A DNA stretch of 64,000 nt, taken from positions 1 through 64,000 of IMG/VR virus record IMGVR_UViG_3300028608_000008, one strand, 5' to 3'. This DNA comes from a virus. Numbering within the stretch: position 1 is the first letter of the stretch; each line of letters begins with the position of its first letter. The notes beneath the pieces were generated by a model, which did not search any database, was not told the origin of the DNA, and saw only the letters and a program-made list of their open reading frames with translations. A program made the translations under genes and the position numbers. Positions 1 through 7,897 of this stretch are shown here, one piece after another.

Positions 1-486
1 GCAAAAGCAGAAGCTGATAAAGCCGCTGCCGCCCCGGCCAAGAAAGAACGCAAACCGAAAGCCGCGAAAGCGCCAGCCGCCGCTCCAGCCGCCGAGGCTC
101 CAGCAAAAGGCAAAGGCGGTCGCAAGCCGAAGTCGTACAAATCCCCAATGGGACCAAACGACGGCCCGCAAATCAGCAAAAATCGTCTGACCCGTCGCCG
201 TAACGCGGCTGCGAAAGAAGAAGCTGAAAAAGCTGCCGCCAAGCCTGCGAAAACTCGTAAGCCGAAAGCGCCGAAAGCTCCGGCCGCTGCACCAGCCCCG
301 GCTGCAAAAGCGCCGAAAGCTCCAAAAGCGCCGAAAGCTCCGAAGGCCAGCACCAAGCCAGCCGCCGAAAGCAAACCGGCAAAAGCTCCAAAGGCTCCAA
401 AAGCAACCAAAGCTCCGAAGGCACCGAAGGCTCCCGCAGCCGCCGCGCCAAAAGAGAAAGCAAGCGGTGGCATTCGCCGTCGTTAA
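1..486 (+). CDS. Histone H1-like Lys/Ala/Pro-rich protein (5' truncated by window edge)
   Basis: Frame 1 is open from base 1 (AKAEADKAAAAPAKK...) to TAA at 484-486; many PKA/KAP tripeptide repeats; strongly basic. H1-like call is compositional only. Confidence 0.7.
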   Translation, partial: AKAEADKAAAAPAKKERKPKAAKAPAAAPAAEAPAKGKGGRKPKSYKSPMGPNDGPQISKNRLTRRRNAAAKEEAEKAAAKPAKTRKPKAPKAPAAAPAPAAKAPKAPKAPKAPKASTKPAAESKPAKAPKAPKATKAPKAPKAPAAAAPKEKASGGIRRR

Positions 487-509
487 TCAGCAATGATTAA
501 AAGCTAGAG

Positions 510-549
510 AAAAACCCGCTCACTGTTAACCCGGTGTAGCGGGTTTTTT
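510..549 (+). terminator. Intrinsic terminator
   Basis: AAAAACCCGCT...AGCGGGTTTTTT inverted repeat with U-tract just after the H1-like gene. Confidence 0.8.
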
Positions 550-564
550 GTTGCTCAATTTCCG

Positions 565-572
565 TAATTTTT
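565..572 (+). promoter_or_regulatory. Candidate late-promoter motif TAATTTTT
   Basis: TAATTT core recurring upstream of structural operons (also 4799, 30965, 47913, 48327, 54815). Confidence 0.45.
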
Positions 573-604
573 CTGTATGCGGCGATTACAATAGGTATAT
601 CCCA

Positions 605-1606
605 TTGCAAATACAGACAAAAGCCATCGACAATAACCCCAACGTTATTGATCTGAAAAAGGCACGAAACGCGAACGAAGTAATCATCGTTCTTTCTCGT
701 ATCAACACTACCTGCAATCTGTTGACCAATAAATTCGGTAAAAGCAAATTGGCCACCGTGACGGTTGAGGCCGGTTTGCAAGCATTGACTTTCTGCGTTG
801 ACAGCCTCATTGAGTTGCGCCTTGCACGCTCTGTCGCACAAGAATTCAACGACCTGAAACGGGACCGTTGTTTTGCAATGATTGAGGCTGGCATCGAAAA
901 CATTCGCGTGTTGCAGCGTCGGTTGCTTTTGCTCATTGACCGCGCCTGTTCCATTCGAATGGATAAACGTCTGGATGAATTGGCCGAAACCGTTTCAAAC
1001 GTTTTGTCCAAGATCGGAAAGACCACGCAATTGCACGTCAAGATTCCCGGTTTCCAAATGATTGTGTTGCGTACCAATCAAGGTGCCGTGGATAAGTCCG
1101 GATATTCGTCTGGTCCCATTACCGTTAAGTTGTGCAAACGTGGCAATAGCTACACAATCAGTTTGCCCGATTCGCCGTATGTGGAAACCGATGAATCCCC
1201 AGTGACCGATTCGGTAGACATTCAAGAATACCTGCTTGCGTCGATTACTGATTTCCAATATGTCGGCCGTCCCACTGTCAAAGACGACACGCTGCTAGCG
1301 CAGAAGTTTGTCCGCGAAGTGAACGTGCTTGATGATAGTCTGGAAGTTGTTCTGGACCCGACCGTCAAACCGGAAGAAATCCAATCAATCCTTTTGCAGA
1401 TTCTGCCGCTTCTGCGTAAAGCGATTAATCTTTCCGGCACGGACGTTATTCACCGCGTTAGCCAGACTGGGCCAAACCGCACGATTCAATTCGCGCTGGC
1501 AACACGCAAACTGCATGACCCGCGCTCAATGGCGAAGATCGGGAAACTGCTCTCGCTTAGCCGGTCGGCACAAAGAAATCTCAACTCAATTCTGGAAACT
1601 GCATAA
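605..1606 (+). CDS. Hypothetical (putative virion) protein
   Basis: ORF track 548..1606; likely TTG start at 605 behind AGGT (MQIQTKAI...). C-terminal VREVNVLDDSLEVVL resembles next gene. Confidence 0.7.
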   Translation: MQIQTKAIDNNPNVIDLKKARNANEVIIVLSRINTTCNLLTNKFGKSKLATVTVEAGLQALTFCVDSLIELRLARSVAQEFNDLKRDRCFAMIEAGIENIRVLQRRLLLLIDRACSIRMDKRLDELAETVSNVLSKIGKTTQLHVKIPGFQMIVLRTNQGAVDKSGYSSGPITVKLCKRGNSYTISLPDSPYVETDESPVTDSVDIQEYLLASITDFQYVGRPTVKDDTLLAQKFVREVNVLDDSLEVVLDPTVKPEEIQSILLQILPLLRKAINLSGTDVIHRVSQTGPNRTIQFALATRKLHDPRSMAKIGKLLSLSRSAQRNLNSILETA

Positions 1607-2670
1607 TGAGTAAATACGCACACCTGTCGGATGAAGAACTGTTTGCCCAGTACCAGCAACGCAAATCGGGGTTCCGCAAAACGCTGGCGAAACTGACCTC
1701 GCTGCTCAAAAACTTCTTTGGCAAAACTTTCAGTGCGTTCGCCACCGACGTTCACATCGAAGACGTTTCCGGTCGCGATGTTGATAAAGACGTTTCGGAT
1801 AACTCCCTGACTGTCAGCGGGTTCAAAGCTCCGAGCGCCAGCAAACTGCGCGCACTGATCGACACGCAAGCCTACGCCGACGACCTCGACTTCCTCGAAG
1901 AAACCGTTGCGCGTATGCAGCGTTCGAAAGGTGAAATGAAACAGCATTACGCCGAAGCGAAAAAGCTGCGTGATGCGATGGTTGTCACCTTCAACAAATC
2001 GCTGGACACCCTGACCGAAGTGGCTGAAAAAACCATTCCGGACAACGTTGGCAATCTGTTCCAGAAAGCCGAAAAAGCTCTTTCGAAGACTGGCGAAATC
2101 GCTGGTGTTTACCTGTCGGTCGGCGCCGATCCCGATAAGGGTATTCACTTCGTGCAGATGCTCGACATTTCCAATTGGGAACGCGAAAGCAAAACTGCAA
2201 TTCTCGCCGTGGTCGTTACTGCCGTACTGAGCGAAACTTCGCCGGGCAATTACACCACCAACGTTTTCGTCAACGTGCATGACAAATCCGTTCTGCCGTT
2301 CCGCTACAACCTCGGTGTTGAAGTTGTCGGCAAAGATATCACCAACATCGGTGGCAAGCTGCATCAAGTTTTCGAACAGCAACTGGCCGCACACCACGTT
2401 GTCGCTGTAATCGCGCCTGCAACTCTGCCGGTAGACGACGTGACCGTGCAAACCATGCTGGGCGATATCAAAGGCGTGAAAGGCGTTTCCGTTTTCGAAG
2501 ACAGTATCGAAGTGGAAATTCCGGGCGACAACAAAGACACCATCGGCGACGTGGTGCGTGCGCTGAACGCCTATCCGCCAATTCGCAAAATGCAGGAAAA
2601 AGGCTACACCCCGCGTTTTGCCAACAACGGCGACGGCCTGTGGAAATACACGCTGTCTCGGAAACAGTAA
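1606..2670 (+). CDS. Hypothetical (putative virion) protein
   Basis: 354 aa, translationally coupled (TAATG), strong phage codon bias; VKGVSVFEDSIEVEI resembles preceding gene. Confidence 0.75.
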   Translation: MSKYAHLSDEELFAQYQQRKSGFRKTLAKLTSLLKNFFGKTFSAFATDVHIEDVSGRDVDKDVSDNSLTVSGFKAPSASKLRALIDTQAYADDLDFLEETVARMQRSKGEMKQHYAEAKKLRDAMVVTFNKSLDTLTEVAEKTIPDNVGNLFQKAEKALSKTGEIAGVYLSVGADPDKGIHFVQMLDISNWERESKTAILAVVVTAVLSETSPGNYTTNVFVNVHDKSVLPFRYNLGVEVVGKDITNIGGKLHQVFEQQLAAHHVVAVIAPATLPVDDVTVQTMLGDIKGVKGVSVFEDSIEVEIPGDNKDTIGDVVRALNAYPPIRKMQEKGYTPRFANNGDGLWKYTLSRKQ

Positions 2671-3570
2671 ATGTACACCTACCATCCCACGCTTTTGTCG
2701 TTTCGACTTTCGGCATGGCCGTATGGCGGGGATCACTATATCAAAACGTTTCGCTCCGGCAATTTCCGTTTTGATATCAAGGCCGTGCTGGAATACATTG
2801 AGTCGGAGTTAGAAAGGATTCCGCTGGCGTTCGTGTTTCAAACCACGTTCTCCATAACGAATCTTTATTCGACTTACCACAAAATCTCGATTGGGCTGTC
2901 GGTCGAACCGAATCAGCCAGTAATCAGAGGGCCGGTTGTTTTCACCTTTGCTCGCACGCGCAAGACTTTCGCTCACAACGTGGTCAAGAGTTTTTGGGCG
3001 ACGGGCAAAAGTGCGTTATGGGGAACTGAACCGAACCGACCAAACGATTTCATTTCGATCAGCTTGCCGCTTGAGCGTGCGTCGGAATGGCGAATGCCGT
3101 CGGTTCTGGAACGCGACCTGCACTACCTGTACGATATCGTCGGTGCCTATTCGAAAGCGGTTATCCGAAAGGTGAAGCCGCTAGAACTCGGTGATATCGA
3201 AACAATCAAATCGAAATACTTCCGTTGGAACATCCCGAAAGCCATGTGGTTCATGGCGATCAAGGATTGGTCGTACTGTCTCGACTTCTGGCGCCGCATG
3301 CCGGAATTGCTAAAAGTCGAATGGACGCCTGCATACTTGGAATACTACTGCCGATTCATCGCGCCGAACCTTCCGCAGTTGCAGGAATCTCCACTGTACG
3401 ATCAGTATTTCGAAGAAGCAAAAGACGAAATCACCGGTTTCATCCTGCGTTGGATGCAAGGCACTGTTCAACCGGGCGAGGAAAACCTTTTGCGGTTCAT
3501 GCCGATTATGGATGAATTCACCGACGTTGAAACACTGGCGGAAAATATCGCTAGAGGAAAAGTCGAATGA
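2671..3570 (+). CDS. Hypothetical protein
   Basis: 299 aa ORF abutting neighbours; no recognisable motif. Confidence 0.7.
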   Translation: MYTYHPTLLSFRLSAWPYGGDHYIKTFRSGNFRFDIKAVLEYIESELERIPLAFVFQTTFSITNLYSTYHKISIGLSVEPNQPVIRGPVVFTFARTRKTFAHNVVKSFWATGKSALWGTEPNRPNDFISISLPLERASEWRMPSVLERDLHYLYDIVGAYSKAVIRKVKPLELGDIETIKSKYFRWNIPKAMWFMAIKDWSYCLDFWRRMPELLKVEWTPAYLEYYCRFIAPNLPQLQESPLYDQYFEEAKDEITGFILRWMQGTVQPGEENLLRFMPIMDEFTDVETLAENIARGKVE

Positions 3571-4772
3571 CAACAGGAACCGAAGGGCAGACCGTGTGTC
3601 TGTACGAACAGTTTCTGGACGATAACGACGATCCGATTTACCCGTCTGCAACACGCGGCGCTCCCATTGTTCGGCTTTACGATACTGACAAAGCAATCAT
3701 CGCAGAAGTGCGAGCAACGCTAGACAGTTCGGAAATCGGCAATTGGCGAGCGGATATCCCGATTCCGGAAATGGGATTGGATGATTCTGTAAAACTCAAA
3801 GTGCGTTGGATTTTCTACGGCGACGACGGCGAGCGATACACCGCGAAAGACTGGATCGAAGTTGAACCGGCGACGACCACGACTGACGAAGACATTATCG
3901 TCATGATGGGTCGTGATATGAAAATGCAACTCAACATGCCATTCCGGTTCCGTCCACCAGTTCCAGAAGTGAAGGCTGACAAGCAAAACCAAATCAGTGC
4001 GAAACCTGCGAAAGCTGGGGATCGGCTGTCGTTTAGCCTTTACCAAAACAACGAACCAGTTTACGAAAACATGCTGTGGGATAACCCGGCAGTCAAGATC
4101 GAAGCCATGCGAAAGAAAACGCTCGCTTTGATTCCTGCCGTTGTGGGCCAGCCGTCAATGACGCCGCTGACTCTGGTTGTTTCGCATCAAACGCCGAAGC
4201 AAATGGCGCCCACAATGTACACATTCAAAGTGTGGACTGTGACGCCAACCATGATGAAAGCGTGCCAGCATCTAGATGATTTCGTAAACAAAGCGAAACT
4301 CGCAAACGTGATTCCAGAACTTGAGTATCGGCAATCCGATTATCTCGAAGCGCTGTTTCGCGGGCTGCACTACTTCAACGGTTTGCAGCCGCTGGTGACA
4401 AACTTCACCGGCACAAACATGCAAGGTCCAATCTTTACCGCATGGCTGACCTGTTCAACGCTTTACGTGTTGGGCGCGCAGATTCAAGCGGAGGGAATGT
4501 TGGCATTTGATTTCGGCGGACAGTCTACCAGTCTCAACATTGACCGGACTCCCGCGATTGAATCAGCTTTAGGGCGAATTGATTCCGAAATCGAAAGCCA
4601 AGTTAAACCGTTTAAGAAAAACCTCGTTCGTGCTGGCGTCCTCGGTGGCGACGGTTCTCAAGGCGGGCAATTCATTGACGGTAGCCGAGCATTGGGAACA
4701 CTCGGACTCACCAACGCACCGACAACCCGCATTCCGTGGGCTGGGCGTGGCGGCTGGTTCCGTGGCTTGTAA
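3567..4772 (+). CDS. Putative neck/head-tail adaptor protein
   Basis: 401 aa; C-terminal AEGMLAFDFGGQSTSLNIDRTPAIES segment resembles jumbo-phage head-completion/adaptor proteins as I recall them. Confidence 0.5.
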   Translation: MTTGTEGQTVCLYEQFLDDNDDPIYPSATRGAPIVRLYDTDKAIIAEVRATLDSSEIGNWRADIPIPEMGLDDSVKLKVRWIFYGDDGERYTAKDWIEVEPATTTTDEDIIVMMGRDMKMQLNMPFRFRPPVPEVKADKQNQISAKPAKAGDRLSFSLYQNNEPVYENMLWDNPAVKIEAMRKKTLALIPAVVGQPSMTPLTLVVSHQTPKQMAPTMYTFKVWTVTPTMMKACQHLDDFVNKAKLANVIPELEYRQSDYLEALFRGLHYFNGLQPLVTNFTGTNMQGPIFTAWLTCSTLYVLGAQIQAEGMLAFDFGGQSTSLNIDRTPAIESALGRIDSEIESQVKPFKKNLVRAGVLGGDGSQGGQFIDGSRALGTLGLTNAPTTRIPWAGRGGWFRGL

Positions 4773-4798
4773 AACGCGCATTCGCAAATGCGTACCGG

Positions 4799-4806
4799 TA
4801 ATTTAA
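4799..4806 (+). promoter_or_regulatory. Candidate late-promoter motif TAATTTAA
   Basis: GGTAATTTAA in the 4773-4840 intergenic gap, preceded by hairpin CGCATT-CGCA-AATGCG (4777-4792). Confidence 0.5.
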
Positions 4807-4840
4807 CGAAGTAACACACAAAATCTTTTGGAGACACCGA

Positions 4841-5686
4841 ATGTCTTATATCGAACATAGCCGCGCCGCAATCGACCGCGTTTGCAGCGATATGACCGTG
4901 CGCGCCGCACACATTACCCTGCGTGACGCCACCGCAATCGGTGATCGTTTCGCTCGTATCGTCTGCCAAGCCAGCGCCAGCGCTTCGCCGGAAAGCGTTT
5001 TCAAAGGCATGCGCGAACAAATGAAAGGCGTAATGCCAATCAAAGGTTCGTTTGTCACTGTTGCGAAATCCGGCACCGACCACGTAATGGAAGGCATTGT
5101 CGGCCTGATTCCAGAACGCGTTGTTCTGACCGACGAAAACCGGGGCAGTTTCAGCGCCGTTGCTGGCAGCATGTACGAAGACGGCGATCAGAATCTGTGG
5201 ACTCTGAAAGCCAATGACGCTGGCGAAATCATGGTGAAGTCGATTTGCCAAGACGACGCCCTGTTCATGAACCAACTGCTTTCGCTGAGCGCCACCAACT
5301 ACAACGATTTCGATTCGCGTAAACCGCTGCAAGAATCGGCCGCGCTGCGTGCTTCGATTCAAGGCGGCGATCTGCTGTCTTACGTTTCGCCAACCACCAA
5401 CGTTGTCGAAATGGCAATTGCCTGCGCCGACATTTCCAACGCCGACGGTTCCAGCGCTCACCAAATCGCTGTCGTTCGCGCTGACGGTTCGAGCGAAGTT
5501 GTAAACCGCGAACTGGTTGTTGCCGGTGCGCATCACGAAATCGAAGAAGCGGACGACGTAGAAGTCGCAACCGCCGCTGTCGGTGATCTGGCTTCCATCG
5601 CGGCGTACTACGCCAAAATGTTTGCCCGCCGTCCTGCCTATTACGAAATGTTCATGCAGCGTTTCCGCGCTCACGCATTCATGTAA
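4841..5686 (+). CDS. Putative virion (head) protein
   Basis: 281 aa, GGAG RBS, highly biased codons, motifs LSLSA and VEVATAA; own promoter motif and terminator. Confidence 0.7.
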   Translation: MSYIEHSRAAIDRVCSDMTVRAAHITLRDATAIGDRFARIVCQASASASPESVFKGMREQMKGVMPIKGSFVTVAKSGTDHVMEGIVGLIPERVVLTDENRGSFSAVAGSMYEDGDQNLWTLKANDAGEIMVKSICQDDALFMNQLLSLSATNYNDFDSRKPLQESAALRASIQGGDLLSYVSPTTNVVEMAIACADISNADGSSAHQIAVVRADGSSEVVNRELVVAGAHHEIEEADDVEVATAAVGDLASIAAYYAKMFARRPAYYEMFMQRFRAHAFM

Positions 5687-5704
5687 TCGGCGGAATTCCG
5701 AATT

Positions 5705-5724
5705 GGGGGCCTAGCCCCCTTTTC
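5705..5724 (+). terminator. Intrinsic terminator
   Basis: GGGGGC-CTA-GCCCCC followed by TTTT. Confidence 0.75.
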
Positions 5725-5740
5725 GTGTTTGGGGAACCTC

Positions 5741-6526
5741 ATGAAGAAAAAGCGCAAAAGTGATTCTGTCTTTGACGTTTCTGGACGCGATATCGAAATT
5801 GATGAACGTGGCCGGGTGAAGAAAGACAGAGACTCGGACGAGGCCGCTCGCCGAACTGGCGTCAAGAAAAAGAAGCGCCCCACTGACAAAACGAAACCCG
5901 TATTCGAGGAAGTCCCCGACAAGAAATTCAAATCGGGCATGACAGCCGCAGACGGGAAATCGCCAAAGAAGAAGAAAAAGCGCAAAGGCTTAATCATCGA
6001 AGGCGAAAGCAAACAGCTTGCAACAATCACGCCGAAGCAAGCGCAGGAAAAGACGGCGAAGAAAAAAGCAAAGGCATTGAAGGCGATTGAGGAATTTGCC
6101 CTTCTGCCTGATTCCGGCGACGAATTCGATTGTCAATATCGCAGCATGTTTGAAAACGCTGTCGATCTGGCTTCGCGTCTGGAACAGCAAATGTCGGAAA
6201 AGGTAAACGGGCGAGACGTGTACGCACTGAACACGCTCTACTCACAGATTCGTGAACTGATTGCGGATATGCGAGCGACCCGCGACATTGGCCAACAGAT
6301 TTCTGAAATTGAAAGAACGGCACTCAATCCGTACACCAAGCAGATTGGTCAGCTTGTTCTCGAAATGTTTTTCGCTATTCACTCCAACGTTACCGGCAGC
6401 GTAAAGCAACGCGACGTTCGCGAAGACCTGTTGAAACGATTGGGCGACATTGCAGCGGATACAGCACAGCGCATTCAAAACGAGCACGCTGTGATGGTGG
6501 AAAAGTTGCATAAGGTAATGGCATGA
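5741..6526 (+). CDS. Hypothetical protein, Lys-rich N-terminus and helical C-terminus (possible terminase small subunit)
   Basis: ORF track 5729..6526, ATG at 5741; poly-Lys tracts then coiled/helical region; TerS idea is positional/speculative. Confidence 0.6.
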   Translation: MKKKRKSDSVFDVSGRDIEIDERGRVKKDRDSDEAARRTGVKKKKRPTDKTKPVFEEVPDKKFKSGMTAADGKSPKKKKKRKGLIIEGESKQLATITPKQAQEKTAKKKAKALKAIEEFALLPDSGDEFDCQYRSMFENAVDLASRLEQQMSEKVNGRDVYALNTLYSQIRELIADMRATRDIGQQISEIERTALNPYTKQIGQLVLEMFFAIHSNVTGSVKQRDVREDLLKRLGDIAADTAQRIQNEHAVMVEKLHKVMA

Positions 6527-6852
6527 CAAAACCGAAAAAGCCCTATCGCCCGCACAAGGTGAAACGTGTTTCTGCAAAGCCCAAAGTGGTAGCCAAGATT
6601 CGCCGCACCAAAGAGCAGGCGTATGGTTCTTTCGGCGACTGGATGACTTTGCGGAAAGCGATCATTCAGCGTGACGGTGGGAAATGTCGCAAATGCGGCA
6701 AAACAGAACATTTGCAAGTGGACCACATTCGCCCGGTTGCTCGCGGCGGATTGACCACACCCTCAAACCTGTGGACGTTGTGCGCGTTTTGTCACGCGAA
6801 ACGCCCCGGCCATAAACAGGCAAAACACCTAATCTTGAAGGGGACAAAATGA
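6523..6852 (+). CDS. HNH endonuclease
   Basis: CRKC...HLQVDHIRPVARGG...SNLWTLCAFCH: complete HNH/McrA-type motif with CxxC pairs. Confidence 0.9.
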   Translation: MTKPKKPYRPHKVKRVSAKPKVVAKIRRTKEQAYGSFGDWMTLRKAIIQRDGGKCRKCGKTEHLQVDHIRPVARGGLTTPSNLWTLCAFCHAKRPGHKQAKHLILKGTK

Positions 6853-7490
6853 GATTCCCTCCAGACCTTGATAAACACTTTGCGGGAACGTGGGAATCGT
6901 TTACCGAACTTACCGCAGTGCAAGACGTAATCGCGATCAATCCACTGATTGCCGAAGACGCATTTCGAATCCTGTTGACGCAAGCCGGTTACAGAACGAA
7001 AACGCAATTCACGGTCAAACGTTTCATAACTGTAAAAAACGTTGTGGAGCACATGAGGCGCAAGCTAGACCTGACTCACGTTCTGAATCACATGAATGTC
7101 GGAAAGACAAAACTCACTATTGAGTTGCAGGCTGTCAAAGCCATCAATGTGATTTATCGGCCTGTCATTACCGGGCGTATGCAATTGCGTCCGCGTGCAG
7201 GATTCGAATTGGACTTCCTGTTGAAACGCATGGAGCAACTCAAAGCTTTCAAAAACTTCCCCGAGCAATTGGTGAAGTCAAAGCGTTTACCAACGGAGTT
7301 CAACATTCACCCGCGTGACTGGTACACGTTCCATCGTGACCATCAGTGGAGTTTGCAAGTTTGTAGATTACGCAATGGCTCGCTTGTGCTGGAATACCAA
7401 GTTACGGTCGGCGCCGCGTTCCCAACTTATCCGGATGCCGAAAAGCAGTTGACTGCGATTTGGAAATCGGGAATCTCAGGAGTTTTTTAA
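6849..7490 (+). CDS. Hypothetical protein
   Basis: 213 aa, ATGA overlap with HNH gene. Confidence 0.7.
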   Translation: MRFPPDLDKHFAGTWESFTELTAVQDVIAINPLIAEDAFRILLTQAGYRTKTQFTVKRFITVKNVVEHMRRKLDLTHVLNHMNVGKTKLTIELQAVKAINVIYRPVITGRMQLRPRAGFELDFLLKRMEQLKAFKNFPEQLVKSKRLPTEFNIHPRDWYTFHRDHQWSLQVCRLRNGSLVLEYQVTVGAAFPTYPDAEKQLTAIWKSGISGVF

Positions 7491-7895
7491 ATGTCTGCGA
7501 AACAGGTACTCGATGGCATCAACACCATTCGAGATATCGTCAACCACCCAAACATGAGTGCCGAGGAAAAGATTCAAACCCTCAAAAACACCGTGGAAGG
7601 CGTGCGTAACGATATCCAAGATTTGACCGATCAAATCTTTGCCAACTATGCGCAACAGGCGCCGGATGCTGCGACCGACAACGAAGTCGAAGCCGTGTAT
7701 CAGCAATTGGTGAAACAAGAAATCACCGACCTGCTGTTCTTCTACAAGCGCTCGGTTTTCGCTTCTCTCAAATCGGGTCAAGCCCGCGCCGCGTTGGCCG
7801 GGGTGCTGATTCGCATTGCGAAAGAAAAAGAAACTGCCCCTTCAACTCTCTGGCTCAACATTGCCGCGTCTGCGGGCGAAATGAACGAGGAATAA
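7491..7895 (+). CDS. Hypothetical helical protein
   Basis: 134 aa, GGAG RBS, ends with NIAASAGE motif. Confidence 0.7.
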   Translation: MSAKQVLDGINTIRDIVNHPNMSAEEKIQTLKNTVEGVRNDIQDLTDQIFANYAQQAPDAATDNEVEAVYQQLVKQEITDLLFFYKRSVFASLKSGQARAALAGVLIRIAKEKETAPSTLWLNIAASAGEMNEE

Positions 7896-7897
7896 GC

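Noticed and set aside
240-450. Tandem 9-nt-like repeats (AAAGCTCCG/AAAGCGCCG)
   Set aside because: They encode the KAP peptide repeats with synonymous variation; no spacers, so not CRISPR or a regulatory array.
6523-6852. HNH gene as mobile homing endonuclease or intron ORF
   Set aside because: Small, no DNA-binding extension, translationally coupled to both neighbours, no interrupted host gene.
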